From: an uncultured delta proteobacterium
GTDB taxonomy: Bacteria > Desulfobacterota > Binatia > UBA9968
DNA: 64,000 nucleotides
Assembly: GCA_963816145.1 (NCBI GenBank)
Contig: CAWFJP010000004.1
Coordinates: forward strand, 512,001-576,000
Reading direction: 5' to 3'
The position numbers and the translations under genes are program-made. Below, piece after piece: positions 10,198 to 20,263 of this stretch. Positions within the stretch are counted from its first letter, which is position 1, and the number at the start of each line of letters is the position of its first letter. The notes below the pieces were generated by a model. That model saw nothing but the letters and a program-made list of their open reading frames with translations. It did not search any database and was not told where the DNA came from.

Positions 10198-11385
10198 ATG
10201 AATGATATTCTCCGGCTAGGCATGGCAGGCTTGGGCGTGGCGAGCACGCAGATCCTGCCGCCGATCGCCAAGTTGCCGTTTATCAGAATCACCGCGGCCG
10301 CGGATATGCGCGCGGACGCGGTGGCGAAGTTCCGCGAGCAGTATCGGGCCGAAGGTTACACCAGTGTCGAGGAACTCTGTGCTAGCCCGAACGTCGACGC
10401 GATCTACATCGCCACCCCCAACTCGCTCCACGCCGAGCACGCGATCATCGCCGCCAAGCACAAAAAGCATATCATCGTCGAAAAGCCCATGGCGATGAAC
10501 CTGGCGGAATGCGATGCGATGAATGAAGCGGCGGATCGATACGGCGTCAAATTGCTCTGCGGCCACACCCACAGCTTCGATCCGCCGATCCGCAAGATTC
10601 GCGAGATCGTCAAAAGCGGCGAGTTGGGGAAGCTGTGCATGATCCACAGCTGGAACTACAACGAGTTCATGTACCGGCCGCGCATGAAGCATGAGCTGGC
10701 GATGACCCGCGGCGTCGTGCTCAACCAAGGACCGCACCATGTCGATATCGTGCGCCTGATCGGCGGCGGCATGGTTCGCAGTGTGCGCGCCATGACCGGC
10801 GTCTGGGACCCGGCGCGCGAGTGGGAAGGCAGCTACAGCTGTTATCTCGAATTCGCAGACGGCACGCCGGCGACGCTGGTTTACAGCGGCTATGGCTTTT
10901 TCGACACCGCGGAGTTATTCGACTGGGTCGGCGAGGGCGGCCAGCATCGAGCGCCGGAGACGAATTTGTCGGTGCGCGCCAAGCTCCGCGAAGTGCGCAC
11001 CGCAGAGGAAGAAGAGCAGTTGAAGGAAGGCATGCGTTTCGGCGGCAGTCGTGAGGGCGAGTTCAGTCATGTCTGGAGCGGCGAGCGCAGGCAGCCGTTC
11101 TTCGGCCACACCGTGGTGAGCTGTCAGAAGGGCGACATCCGCCAGACGCCGGATGGTTTGAAAATCTACGGCGAGACCGAGCAACGCGAGATCAATTTGC
11201 CGGCGGGCAGCCGCGGCCGCGAGGCGGAAGTCGAAGAACTCTACGACGCCGTGGTCAAGGGCCGGCCGGTGTTTCACGGCGGCCGTTGGGGGGCGGCGAC
11301 TTTGGAGGTTTGTTTGGCTATGCTGGAGTCCGCGAAGCAGCGCAAGGAAATCCTGCTGTCGCATCAGGTGCCGAGTCCGGAGTAA
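10198..11385 (+). CDS. Gfo/Idh/MocA oxidoreductase (OphB/Pht4-like dihydrodiol dehydrogenase)
   Basis: GLG Rossmann motif, IATPN..H, VEKPMA and QGPH motifs; follows a Rieske gene. Confidence 0.88.
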   Translation: MNDILRLGMAGLGVASTQILPPIAKLPFIRITAAADMRADAVAKFREQYRAEGYTSVEELCASPNVDAIYIATPNSLHAEHAIIAAKHKKHIIVEKPMAMNLAECDAMNEAADRYGVKLLCGHTHSFDPPIRKIREIVKSGELGKLCMIHSWNYNEFMYRPRMKHELAMTRGVVLNQGPHHVDIVRLIGGGMVRSVRAMTGVWDPAREWEGSYSCYLEFADGTPATLVYSGYGFFDTAELFDWVGEGGQHRAPETNLSVRAKLREVRTAEEEEQLKEGMRFGGSREGEFSHVWSGERRQPFFGHTVVSCQKGDIRQTPDGLKIYGETEQREINLPAGSRGREAEVEELYDAVVKGRPVFHGGRWGAATLEVCLAMLESAKQRKEILLSHQVPSPE

Positions 11386-11390
11386 AAAAC

Positions 11391-11510
11391 GTTCAAGGTT
11401 CAAGGGTTCAAAGTTCAAGGTTCCGGATTGTCTTATTTCTCCATGGGAGACTGTGTCGTCATGCGGAGATCTTTCGTTCCTGTCATCCCGAGCGGCGCGA
11501 GGGAACTCGT
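11391..11510. repeat. GTTCAAG 7-mer array plus partial MITE end and TGTC REP
   Basis: GTTCAAGGTTCAAGGGTTCAAAGTTCAAGGTTC; GAGACTGTGTCGT at 11447; TGTCATCCCGAGCGGCGCGAGGGA. Confidence 0.7.
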
Positions 11511-11523
11511 TTTTGAGACGATT

Positions 11524-12654
11524 ATGAAATTTCCGACGGGTCTTTTGTTGCTGGCGGTTCTTTGCTGCGCTGTTATTCCAGCCTTCGCGGCCGAGTCCAA
11601 ACCCGCTTGGCAGGCCGAATGGGAGCGGACGGTCAAGGCCGCGGAGGACGAAGGGCAGTTGACGGTCTACATCGCCGGCTACGGCGCGTTGATCGATTCG
11701 GGGCTGTTTCAGAAGGCTTACCCGAAAATCAAGGTGACCAGCGTCACCGGTTCGGGCACGCAGCTCGCGCCGCGCATCGTCGCCGAGCGGCGCGCCGAAA
11801 AATACCTCGCCGACGTTTACAGCGGCGGCGGCGGGTCCCTGTATCAAAACCTCTACCTCGGCAAAATGCTTGATCCAATCAAGCCGGCGCTGATCTTGCC
11901 GGAAGTCGTCGACTCGACTAAATGGTGGGAAGGAAAACTAAAATACGTCGACCGTGAGGGGCGTTACATTATTGTTTATGAAGCTAACGTAGCCGCCGGG
12001 GCGAGTCCGGCTTACAACACCAATCTGATCAACCCCAAAGACTACAAATCCCTGTGGGACTTTCTAAACCCCAAGCTGAAAGGCAAGATCGTCTCCCCCG
12101 ACATCAGGCGCGTGCGCGGTTCCGGACCATCGTTTCAGTATCTTTACTATCATGCCGACCTCGGCCCCGAATTCATGCGCCGATTTTACAGCGAGATGGA
12201 TGTGACGCTGACGGCCGATCTGCGCCAGGCTATGGATTGGCTCTCGGCGGGCAAGTTTGCGTTGTCGATGCCGACGCAAAGTTCTTCGACCGCTAAAGCC
12301 AAGGCTCAGGGGTTGCCAGTGGATGAATTCGATCCGCATCACTTTAAAGAGGGCCCGAGCATCTCCGTGGCATTTGGCCAACTTGCATTGATGAACCGCG
12401 CGCCCCATCCCAACGCGGCCAAGGTATTTGTCAATTGGCTGCTTTCGCGCGAAGGGCAAAGCGCCTTCCAGCGCATAATCAGCACGCCGGGAGAAGCGAA
12501 AAACTCGCGGCGCATCGACGTGCCGAAGGATCACATTCCGGCGGCGGAGCGGCGCGTCGACGGCGGAAAGTATTTTGATCCGGACGACCTGAATTCTCGG
12601 GATATTACCCCGGTGACCAAGTTGATGGATGAGATTTTTGCCGGTAAGAAGTAA
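11524..12654 (+). CDS. Extracellular solute-binding protein (Fbp/PotD-like), paralog 1
   Basis: Signal peptide, WERTVKAA..EG and APHPNAAKVFVNWLLSREGQ motifs. Confidence 0.9.
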   Translation: MKFPTGLLLLAVLCCAVIPAFAAESKPAWQAEWERTVKAAEDEGQLTVYIAGYGALIDSGLFQKAYPKIKVTSVTGSGTQLAPRIVAERRAEKYLADVYSGGGGSLYQNLYLGKMLDPIKPALILPEVVDSTKWWEGKLKYVDREGRYIIVYEANVAAGASPAYNTNLINPKDYKSLWDFLNPKLKGKIVSPDIRRVRGSGPSFQYLYYHADLGPEFMRRFYSEMDVTLTADLRQAMDWLSAGKFALSMPTQSSSTAKAKAQGLPVDEFDPHHFKEGPSISVAFGQLALMNRAPHPNAAKVFVNWLLSREGQSAFQRIISTPGEAKNSRRIDVPKDHIPAAERRVDGGKYFDPDDLNSRDITPVTKLMDEIFAGKK

Positions 12655-12728
12655 CCGGGCCTGTTGCGCACGGAAGATTGAAAATAGAAGATAGCGCGTC
12701 CAGGCGCCAATGTTAGAGGGGGCTTGCA

Positions 12729-13910
12729 ATGATAACAGCAGAAGAAAATGAAATGCTGACCAAAGTCGGGCCCGGCACGCCGGCGGGCGAATTGCTGCGG
12801 CGCTATTGGCACCCGATTTCAATTGCTGCGGATATTACGCCTGAGAGCCCGACAAAGTTCGTGCGTATTCTCGGGGAAGACCTGGTGCTTTATCAGACGC
12901 CGAACGGGGAAGCTGGCCTGCTTCATGATCGTTGCCCGCACCGTGGCGCGTCTCTCTCCTATGGCCGCTGCGAAGAGCGCGGAATCTCTTGCGCCTATCA
13001 TGGTTGGTTGTTCAACAGCAAAGGCGACTGTTTGGAGACGCCGGCGGAGCCGGCGGATAGTAAGTTTCATCTAACGGTGAAGCAAAAAGCCTACCCGGTG
13101 AAAAAACTTGCCGGCCTGTACTGGGCATATATGGGACCGCTGCCGGCGCCGGAAATACCCAAGTGGGATGTCTGGGCGCGCACCGACGGCTGGCATTGGC
13201 TCCGCGCCCTGCCGACGCTCGACTGTAATTGGTTGCAGGCTATGGAGAACTCGGTCGACACGACGCATCTGCACATACTCCACCAGGAGCTGGTCACCGA
13301 TGGCTTTGAGGTCACCAGTACAACCCGCGGCACCATCGACAATTTAGACATGTACGAGACCGAAGAGTTTGAATATGGAATCATCAAACGGCGGGTGTTC
13401 GGCGACGGCAAAATCGAAGAACATCCGTTGTTGTTTCCCACCTGGCTGCGTCAGGCCAATCGCACGCAAATCCGCGTGCCGATCGACGACACGCACACCT
13501 ATGTTGTCTACGTTCACTTTGTTCCCGACGCCGCCGGGCCGCGTCCGGCCGGCGGCGAGGTGCCTGTCAATTACCGCAGGCCTTTCAAAAACCCACCGGA
13601 TCAACGCCATCCGATCGCCAAACATCGCCTCGACGAGGTCGACGCTCAGGATTTCATGGCTTGGGAAACTCAAGGGCCGATTCATGACCGGACCCGCGAG
13701 CGGCTCAGCACCTCGGATCGCGGCATCGTTGTTTACCGCGAGATGCTAACCCGTGAGATCAAGAAAGTGCAGCGGGGCTTGGAGCCGATGAACGTCTTCC
13801 GGGATCCCAACGGCCCGATCATCGACACCAAGCTAGAGGAGTCGGTAAAGGTCGGAAAAGCCGGCGGCTTCGCGCATATTTTGCCACCGAAGGCGACGAG
13901 AGAAGCTTAA
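12729..13910 (+). CDS. Rieske oxygenase alpha subunit
   Basis: CPHRG..CAYHGW, ENSVDTTHLHILH and QDFMAWETQG motifs. Confidence 0.92.
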   Translation: MITAEENEMLTKVGPGTPAGELLRRYWHPISIAADITPESPTKFVRILGEDLVLYQTPNGEAGLLHDRCPHRGASLSYGRCEERGISCAYHGWLFNSKGDCLETPAEPADSKFHLTVKQKAYPVKKLAGLYWAYMGPLPAPEIPKWDVWARTDGWHWLRALPTLDCNWLQAMENSVDTTHLHILHQELVTDGFEVTSTTRGTIDNLDMYETEEFEYGIIKRRVFGDGKIEEHPLLFPTWLRQANRTQIRVPIDDTHTYVVYVHFVPDAAGPRPAGGEVPVNYRRPFKNPPDQRHPIAKHRLDEVDAQDFMAWETQGPIHDRTRERLSTSDRGIVVYREMLTREIKKVQRGLEPMNVFRDPNGPIIDTKLEESVKVGKAGGFAHILPPKATREA

Positions 13911-14128
13911 CTGCATTTAGCGCAAGAGTGGGATTGTTAATCTTTGCGTTGCGACCGAGCGCTCTCGTTTCAATCGAGGGCATCCAACCGAACGCTGCAG
14001 GACTGAATTCCCACTTTGCGAAATTTGACGCGAACTCCTTCATTGCAGCGGAGGCCGGCAGCTTTCTCAGCTCTAGTCGAGCGGACGTTTACGAGCGCTT
14101 CGTGGTTCAAAGACAGGGAGAGCGAAAC

Positions 14129-15262
14129 GTGAGACAAAAAGCGCTGCTTTCCGTGGTTTTATTGCTGCTGTGCTTTGCCGGGATCACGAGCGCCGCCGAA
14201 ACCAAACCGGCTTGGCAGCGCGAGTGGGAGAGAATTCTCGAAGCGGCGAAGAAAGAAGGCTCGCTATCGCTCTACCTCTTTCAGGGCGAGGGCGAGCTCG
14301 GCGCGGTGGCGCAGCTGTTTCAAAAAAAATATCCGGAGATCAATGTCATTACGACTACCGGCCGGGGCAATACGCTTGGGCCGCGTATCATGGCGGAGCG
14401 GCGTGCCGGCAAGTTTTTGGTTGATGCTTATATCAGCGGGGTGACGACGGCCTATGAAGTGTTTTATCGGGCGAAAATCCTCGACAGCGTGCGCGCGGCG
14501 CTGATCCTTCCCGAGGTCCTCGATGAGTCCAAGTGGTTGCTCGGCCAGCATCACTACGTCGACCCGGAGAACCGTTATATATTTGTCTATCTCGGCAATG
14601 TCGACAATTATGTCTCGTACCATACCAAGTCGGTGGAGGCGGGTGAGATTCGTTCCTACTGGGACTTTCTCCAACCCAAGTGGAAAGGCAAGATTCTCTC
14701 GCGAGATCCGAAGATATCCGGTAGCCAGCGCATCGGCCTACGGATGTTTTATCATACGCCGGAGTTGGGGCCCGAGTTTATCCGGCGCCTGTATGGCGAG
14801 ATGGATCTGACGTTGACTCAAGAAATCCGCCAGGCGACGGATTGGCTGGGGAGCGGGAAGTTCGCCATTTGTTTTTTCTGCTCGGAAATTCTGCGGGCGA
14901 AGGAGCAGGGGGTGCCGGTCGATGAATTTCGCACGGCGCAGTGGAAAGAAAGCCGGGCGATTTCCGCCGGCAACAAAGGCTCCATAGCGTTGCCGACCCA
15001 ACCGCCGCATCCGAACGCGGCACGTTTGTTCGTCAATTGGCTGCTTTCGCGCGAAGGTCAGACGGCGTTGCAGCGCGCGGCAAACACGCCGTTCAATTCC
15101 GAGGAATCGCTGCGCACGGATGTGCCAAAGGACATGGTGCGCAGTGAAGTGCGGCGCATCGATGGCGTCAAATACTTAATGGCGGAAAAGCCGGAGTATA
15201 TGGACATGGCGCCGATTCAGGAGATCGTCGAGAAGGCGTTGGCGCAGGGGAAGAAGAAGTAA
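14129..15262 (+). CDS. Solute-binding protein, paralog 2
   Basis: GTG start after GGGAG, signal peptide, PHPNAARLFVNWLLSREGQ. Confidence 0.9.
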   Translation: MRQKALLSVVLLLLCFAGITSAAETKPAWQREWERILEAAKKEGSLSLYLFQGEGELGAVAQLFQKKYPEINVITTTGRGNTLGPRIMAERRAGKFLVDAYISGVTTAYEVFYRAKILDSVRAALILPEVLDESKWLLGQHHYVDPENRYIFVYLGNVDNYVSYHTKSVEAGEIRSYWDFLQPKWKGKILSRDPKISGSQRIGLRMFYHTPELGPEFIRRLYGEMDLTLTQEIRQATDWLGSGKFAICFFCSEILRAKEQGVPVDEFRTAQWKESRAISAGNKGSIALPTQPPHPNAARLFVNWLLSREGQTALQRAANTPFNSEESLRTDVPKDMVRSEVRRIDGVKYLMAEKPEYMDMAPIQEIVEKALAQGKKK

Positions 15263-15368
15263 GGCGCCAGGAGTAACGGGTGCAGAAAAAAGCCAGTTGA
15301 GCGTCTCAAGGCGGCGAAAAAAAGTTAATAAATAATTGAGAATGGAGAATGGAATCTTGAATAGACGG

Positions 15369-16487
15369 ATGACGATCGTATCTAGATTTGTTTTGGCAAT
15401 GGTATTTTGCGGGGCAGCGAGTGTCGCTTTGGCTGCGCAGGCGAAGCCGGCTTGGCAAGCGGAGTGGGAGAAAGTCGTCGAAGCAGCCAAGAAAGAAGGC
15501 CAGCTGTCGATTTACATCAGCGGCTATGAGGAGGTGCTGCCGGATTTCCAAAAGGAGTATCCGGAAATCAAGGTTGCGCCGATCACCGGCCGCGGCAGTC
15601 AGGTCGGCCAGCGTCTGCTCGCCGAGCGGCGCGCCGATAAGTTTCTTGCCGATGTCGTCAGTGCCGGCGGCGTGACGACGTATCAGCAACTGTTCCCGGG
15701 GAAAGTCTTCGACCCGATCAAACCGGCGCTGCTGTTGCCGGAGATCAACGACGTCACCAAGTGGTATCAAGGCAAGCACCACTATGCCGACCCGGAGAAT
15801 CAATACATTTTCAGCTATGTCGGCACCGCGACCTACGGGTCGGTGAACTACAATACCAAACTGGTCGACGTGAAAGATTTCAAATCCTATTGGGACCTGC
15901 TCAATCCCAAGTGGAAAGGAAAAATCATCTCGCGGGATGTTCGCGTGCCCGGCCCCGGTTCAGGCAATGCGCGGTTGTTTTACTACTTGCCGGATGTCGG
16001 ACCCTCGTTTATCAAAAAACTGTACGGCGAAATGGACGTGACTTTGTTTCGCGACTACCGCCAAGGCAGCGACTGGCTCGCCGTCGGTAAGGCGGCGATC
16101 TGTTTTTTCTGCGAGGTCGATGTGTCCAAGCAGCAGGGGCTGCCGGTGGATACCTTCGGCCCTGGGGTTTTCAAGGAAGGCGCCGGCCTGGTGCAGCAAT
16201 TCGGCACCCTCGGGCTGGTAAACCGCGCGCCCCATCCCAACGCCGCGAAAGTCTACATCAACTGGTTGCTGTCGCGCAGAGGCCAGATCGCCCTGCAGAA
16301 AAACATGCTCAAAACCGAGAATCCCACCGATTCGTTGCGCATCGATATTCCCAAGGACGATGTGCCGGTGCTCCAGCGCCGGGTCGAAGGCGTGAAGTAC
16401 CTCGACACCAGCCGGCCGGAGTGGCAGGAGATGAAACCGATCTTGGATGTCATGAATGAGGCGCTCAAGGCGGCGGGGAAGAGTTGA
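15369..16487 (+). CDS. Solute-binding protein, paralog 3
   Basis: Same family motifs; ends NEALKAAGKS like paralogs 4 and 5. Confidence 0.9.
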   Translation: MTIVSRFVLAMVFCGAASVALAAQAKPAWQAEWEKVVEAAKKEGQLSIYISGYEEVLPDFQKEYPEIKVAPITGRGSQVGQRLLAERRADKFLADVVSAGGVTTYQQLFPGKVFDPIKPALLLPEINDVTKWYQGKHHYADPENQYIFSYVGTATYGSVNYNTKLVDVKDFKSYWDLLNPKWKGKIISRDVRVPGPGSGNARLFYYLPDVGPSFIKKLYGEMDVTLFRDYRQGSDWLAVGKAAICFFCEVDVSKQQGLPVDTFGPGVFKEGAGLVQQFGTLGLVNRAPHPNAAKVYINWLLSRRGQIALQKNMLKTENPTDSLRIDIPKDDVPVLQRRVEGVKYLDTSRPEWQEMKPILDVMNEALKAAGKS

Positions 16488-16490
16488 ACT

Positions 16491-16522
16491 AATGGATAAT
16501 TGAGAATGGAGAATTGAAAATT
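16491..16522 (+). repeat. AATKGAR 7-mer array (also about 15333-15356, 17649-17682, 18813-18985, 20200-20231)
   Basis: AATGGATAATTGAGAATGGAGAATTGAAAATT. Confidence 0.85.
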
Positions 16523-17645
16523 GTTACTGAGAGTCGCTGCGGTAAGTAGTGTTTTTTTGGCGATCTTTGGTCTCGCAGTTGGAGCTTTAGCGGCCCAGCC
16601 AAAACCCGCCTGGCAGCGGGAGTGGGAGACGACCCTCGACGCGGCCAAAAAAGAAGGGCAGGTCGTGGTTTACATTGGTGGCTACGAAGCGGTGCTGCCG
16701 GACTTTGAAAAGGAATTTCCGGAGATCAAGCTCGTGGTCGTTCCGGCGCGCGGCGCGCAAATCGTCCAACGGTTGATCAGCGAGCGCCGCGGCGACAAAT
16801 ATCTCGCTGATGTCGTCAGCACGGGAGCGAATGCGACCTACCAGCAGCTCTATCCGGCCAAAGTATTGGATCCGATCAAACCGGCGCTAATTCTTCCTGA
16901 GATAATCGACCCATCCAAATGGTATGAAGGAAAGCACCATTACGCCGACCCCGAGGGCCAATACGTTTTCAACTATGTCGGTTCGGCGACCTACGGATCG
17001 GTGAATTACAACACCAAGCTGGTCGATACGAAGGAGTTTAAATCTTACTGGGATCTGCTGAGTCCAAAATGGAAGGATAAAATCGTCGCCCGCGATGTTC
17101 GCGCGCCCGGCCCCGGCGGCGGTAACGCCCGCTTCTTTTATTATCATCCCGAGTTGGGCGCGCCGTTTATTCGAAAACTCTACGGCGAGATGAATTTGAC
17201 TTTGTTTCGTGATTTTCGCCAGGGGCCGGATTGGCTGGCGGCGGGAAAGTTCGCCATCTGTTTTTCCTGCGACGTGGAGATACCGAAGCAGCAGGGCTTA
17301 CCCGTGGACACCTTCGGGCCGCGGGTTTTCAAAGAAGGCGGCGGCTTGGTCCAGGCGTTCGGCACTTTAACGCTGGTCAATCGCGCGCCGCATCCCAACG
17401 CGGCCAAGGTTTTTGTCAATTGGCTATTATCGCGCCGCGGCCAGATGGCTTTGCAAAAGCGCTTGAGCACCGGCGAAAGCCCCGGTGATTCTCTGCGCAT
17501 CGACATTCCCAAAGACGATGTGCCGCTGCTAAACCGACGGCTGGAAGGCGTTAGGTATGTCGACACGGGCAGACCCGAGATGCTCGAGATGAAACCGATT
17601 CTAGACGTCGTGAATGAGGCGCTGAAAGCAGCGGGAAAGAGCTAG
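16521..17645 (+). CDS. Solute-binding protein, paralog 4
   Basis: TTG start, signal peptide, family motifs. Confidence 0.9.
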   Translation: MLLRVAAVSSVFLAIFGLAVGALAAQPKPAWQREWETTLDAAKKEGQVVVYIGGYEAVLPDFEKEFPEIKLVVVPARGAQIVQRLISERRGDKYLADVVSTGANATYQQLYPAKVLDPIKPALILPEIIDPSKWYEGKHHYADPEGQYVFNYVGSATYGSVNYNTKLVDTKEFKSYWDLLSPKWKDKIVARDVRAPGPGGGNARFFYYHPELGAPFIRKLYGEMNLTLFRDFRQGPDWLAAGKFAICFSCDVEIPKQQGLPVDTFGPRVFKEGGGLVQAFGTLTLVNRAPHPNAAKVFVNWLLSRRGQMALQKRLSTGESPGDSLRIDIPKDDVPLLNRRLEGVRYVDTGRPEMLEMKPILDVVNEALKAAGKS

Positions 17646-17663
17646 GTTAATGGATAATTGAGA

Positions 17664-18811
17664 ATGGAGAATGGAAAATTGAGAAGAAAGGTAGCCGCAG
17701 TGATTGGTTCTGTTTCGACCATCATATTCTTTGGATTAGCGATCGATGTCTTGGCGGCGCAGGTGAAGCCCGCCTGGCAGCAGGAATGGGAGAAAACCCT
17801 CGAAGCAGCCAAGAAGGAAGGCCAGGTCGTTGTTTACATCAGCGGCTATGAAGCGATTCTGCCTGACTTCGAGAAGGAGTTCCCTGAGATCAAAGTGACC
17901 GCCGTTACCGGGCGGGGTAATCAGCTGGGGCCGCGCTTGTTGGCGGAGCGGCGCGCGGAAAAGTTTATCGCCGATGTTTCCAGCACCGGTGCCAATCCCA
18001 ACTATCAGCAGTATTCACGCCGACCAAGGCTCTCGATCCGATCAAGCCGGCGTTGATCCTGCCGGAAGTCACGGATCAGACCAAGTGGTATTTGAAGAAG
18101 CACCAGTATTCCGATCCGGAAGGCCAATATGTTTTCAACTACGTCGGCTCGGCGACCTATGGCTCGATTCACTACAACACCAAGATCGTCGAGTCGAAGG
18201 AGTTCAAGTCCTATTGGGATCTGCTCAGTCCCAAGTGGAAAGGCAAGATCGCCATCCGCGATATCCGTGAGGCCGGCCCGGGCGCCGGTAATACCCGGTT
18301 CTTTTATTACAATTCCGAGCTAGGGCCCGGGTTTATTCGCAAGCTGTTTGGCGAGATGGATGCGACGTTGTTCCGTGACTTTCGCCAGGGGCCGGATTGG
18401 CTGGCGACGGGGAAGTATGCCATCTGCTTTTTTTGCGATGTCGATGTGTTGAAGCGCCAAGGCCTGCCGGTGGACACCTTCGGGCCGAAAGTCTTCAAAG
18501 AAGGTGGCGGGTTGGTGCAGCAGTTCGGCACTTTGGCCCTGCTCAATCGCGCGCCCCATCCCAACGCCGCCAAGGTGTTCATCAACTGGCTGCTCTCGCG
18601 CAACGGCCAGATCGCGCTGCAAAAACGAACCATGACCGCGGAAAGCCCGGCCGATTCCCTGCGCATCGATATTCCCAAAGAAGAAGTGCCCTACGACAAT
18701 CGCCGATTGGAAGGCATCAAATATCTCGACACCGGCAAGCCCGAGTGGATCGAGATGAAGCCGATCATCGATGTGGTGAACGAAGCGCTCAAGGCGGCGG
18801 GGAAGAGTTAA
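17664..18811 (+). CDS. Solute-binding protein, paralog 5 (frameshift near 18017)
   Basis: ORFs 17658..18056 and 18053..18811 join into one full-length paralog of 3 and 4. Confidence 0.85.
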
Positions 18812-18998
18812 CGGATAATTGAGAATGGATAATGGAGAATTGAAAATTATCCGGTCCCATACGACTTGAAAGGAGGAAGGTTAAATGTATAAGAAGGAAG
18901 TGGCAGGTATGAAGAAATTCTCGCAATTGGAAGACATAAGGATAATTGAGAATGGATAATGGAGAATTGAAAATTATCCGGTCCCGTCCCCACTTTGA

Positions 18999-19129
18999 GA
19001 TACTGTGTCGCAATGCGCGAAAGCCTCAATCATGTCATCTCGAACGAAGTGAGAGATCTTGCATTTCAGCCACATCCGAAGAAAAGATGTCTCGCCTCCG
19101 ACTCGAAATGACAATTGCGACACAGTTTC
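18999..19129. mobile_element. MITE-like element, diverged copy, inside a degenerate CCCC..GGG hairpin
   Basis: GATACTGTGTCGCAA ... TTGCGACACAGTTTC followed by TCGACGGGAGAAGGTTAG. Confidence 0.75.
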
Positions 19130-19200
19130 TCGACGGGAGAAGGTTAGAATAGGGGGCCTGCGCGCCAGTGAAAAATTTCGCACTCCTCTTGGAAAGACCA

Positions 19201-20187
19201 ATGAAGAAAAAACTGATTTTCGCTGCGGTCGCGTCTTTTGTTTTGGCGCTTGGCGATCTCGCCCGAGCGCAGCAGCCGACGAATGTTACGCGGATCGGCT
19301 TTCTCGCAGCACCCAGCCGATCCGGCATGTCGCATCTCACCGAGGCGTTCCTCCAAGGTCTGCGCGAGGTCGGTTACGTCGAGGGGAAGAATATCGCGAT
19401 CGAATACCGATGGGCCGACGGCAAGTTCGAGCGGCTGCCGGAACTTGCCGCGGAATTGGTTCGTCTGAAGGTCGACGTGATTGTCGCGGCGGTGACGCAA
19501 GCGTCGCTGGCGGCCAAGAATGCGACCGGTGCAATCCCGATTGTCATGGTAGCGGTTGCCAATCCCGTGGACTCCGGCCTTATCGCCAGCCTCGCCCGGC
19601 CGGGGGCGAATCTCACGGGGACGTCTGTCATGAACGACGAGGTTGTCGGCAAGCAGTTAGAGCTGCTCAAGGAAGCTTTGCCGGCAATTTCCAGGGTTGG
19701 CGCTATGTGGAATCCGGCGAATCCGGTCTTCCAAAAGTTGCAATTGCGCGCGCTCGAGGCCACGGCTCGAGCATTGAACGTACGTCTTCAGAAAGTGGAG
19801 GCGCGAGATCAAGAAGAGATCGAGCGCGCCTTCAAAGCGATCGCCAAAGAGCGCACGCGGGCGCTCCACGTCCTCCCCGATCCAGTTTTCACTGCACACC
19901 GCCGAATGATCGCCGACCTTGCCCTCAAGCTTCACCTGCCGGCGGTAAGCGGAACGAAAGAATATGCTGAAGCTGGCCTGCTCATGTCCTACGGCCCGAG
20001 CTTTCCCGAGTCGTATCGCCGCGCGGCAATTTATGTCGATAAAATTCTCAAAGGTGCCAAGCCCGCGGACATCCCTATCGAGCGATCGACCAAGTTCGAG
20101 TTCGTCATCAATCTCAGCACGGCGAAGCAAATCGGCGTGACGCTTCCGCAATCGCTGCTGTATCGGGCGGATAAGGTCATCCGGTAA
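19201..20187 (+). CDS. ABC substrate-binding protein (ABC_sub_bind family)
   Basis: GLREVGYVEGKNIAIEYR, SLARPGANLTG and ILKGAKPADIPIE motifs. Confidence 0.92.
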   Translation: MKKKLIFAAVASFVLALGDLARAQQPTNVTRIGFLAAPSRSGMSHLTEAFLQGLREVGYVEGKNIAIEYRWADGKFERLPELAAELVRLKVDVIVAAVTQASLAAKNATGAIPIVMVAVANPVDSGLIASLARPGANLTGTSVMNDEVVGKQLELLKEALPAISRVGAMWNPANPVFQKLQLRALEATARALNVRLQKVEARDQEEIERAFKAIAKERTRALHVLPDPVFTAHRRMIADLALKLHLPAVSGTKEYAEAGLLMSYGPSFPESYRRAAIYVDKILKGAKPADIPIERSTKFEFVINLSTAKQIGVTLPQSLLYRADKVIR

Positions 20188-20263
20188 AGCGCTGAGGGAC
20201 AATTGAGAATGGATAATGGAGAATTGATAATGCTCGGGCGCTGGCAATCTGAAGGGACTCATA

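Noticed and set aside
15333-20231. Recurring AATGGATAATTGAGAATGGAG repeats as a CRISPR array
   Set aside because: Copies are separated by whole genes rather than 25-45-bp spacers, are internally periodic, and no cas genes are present.
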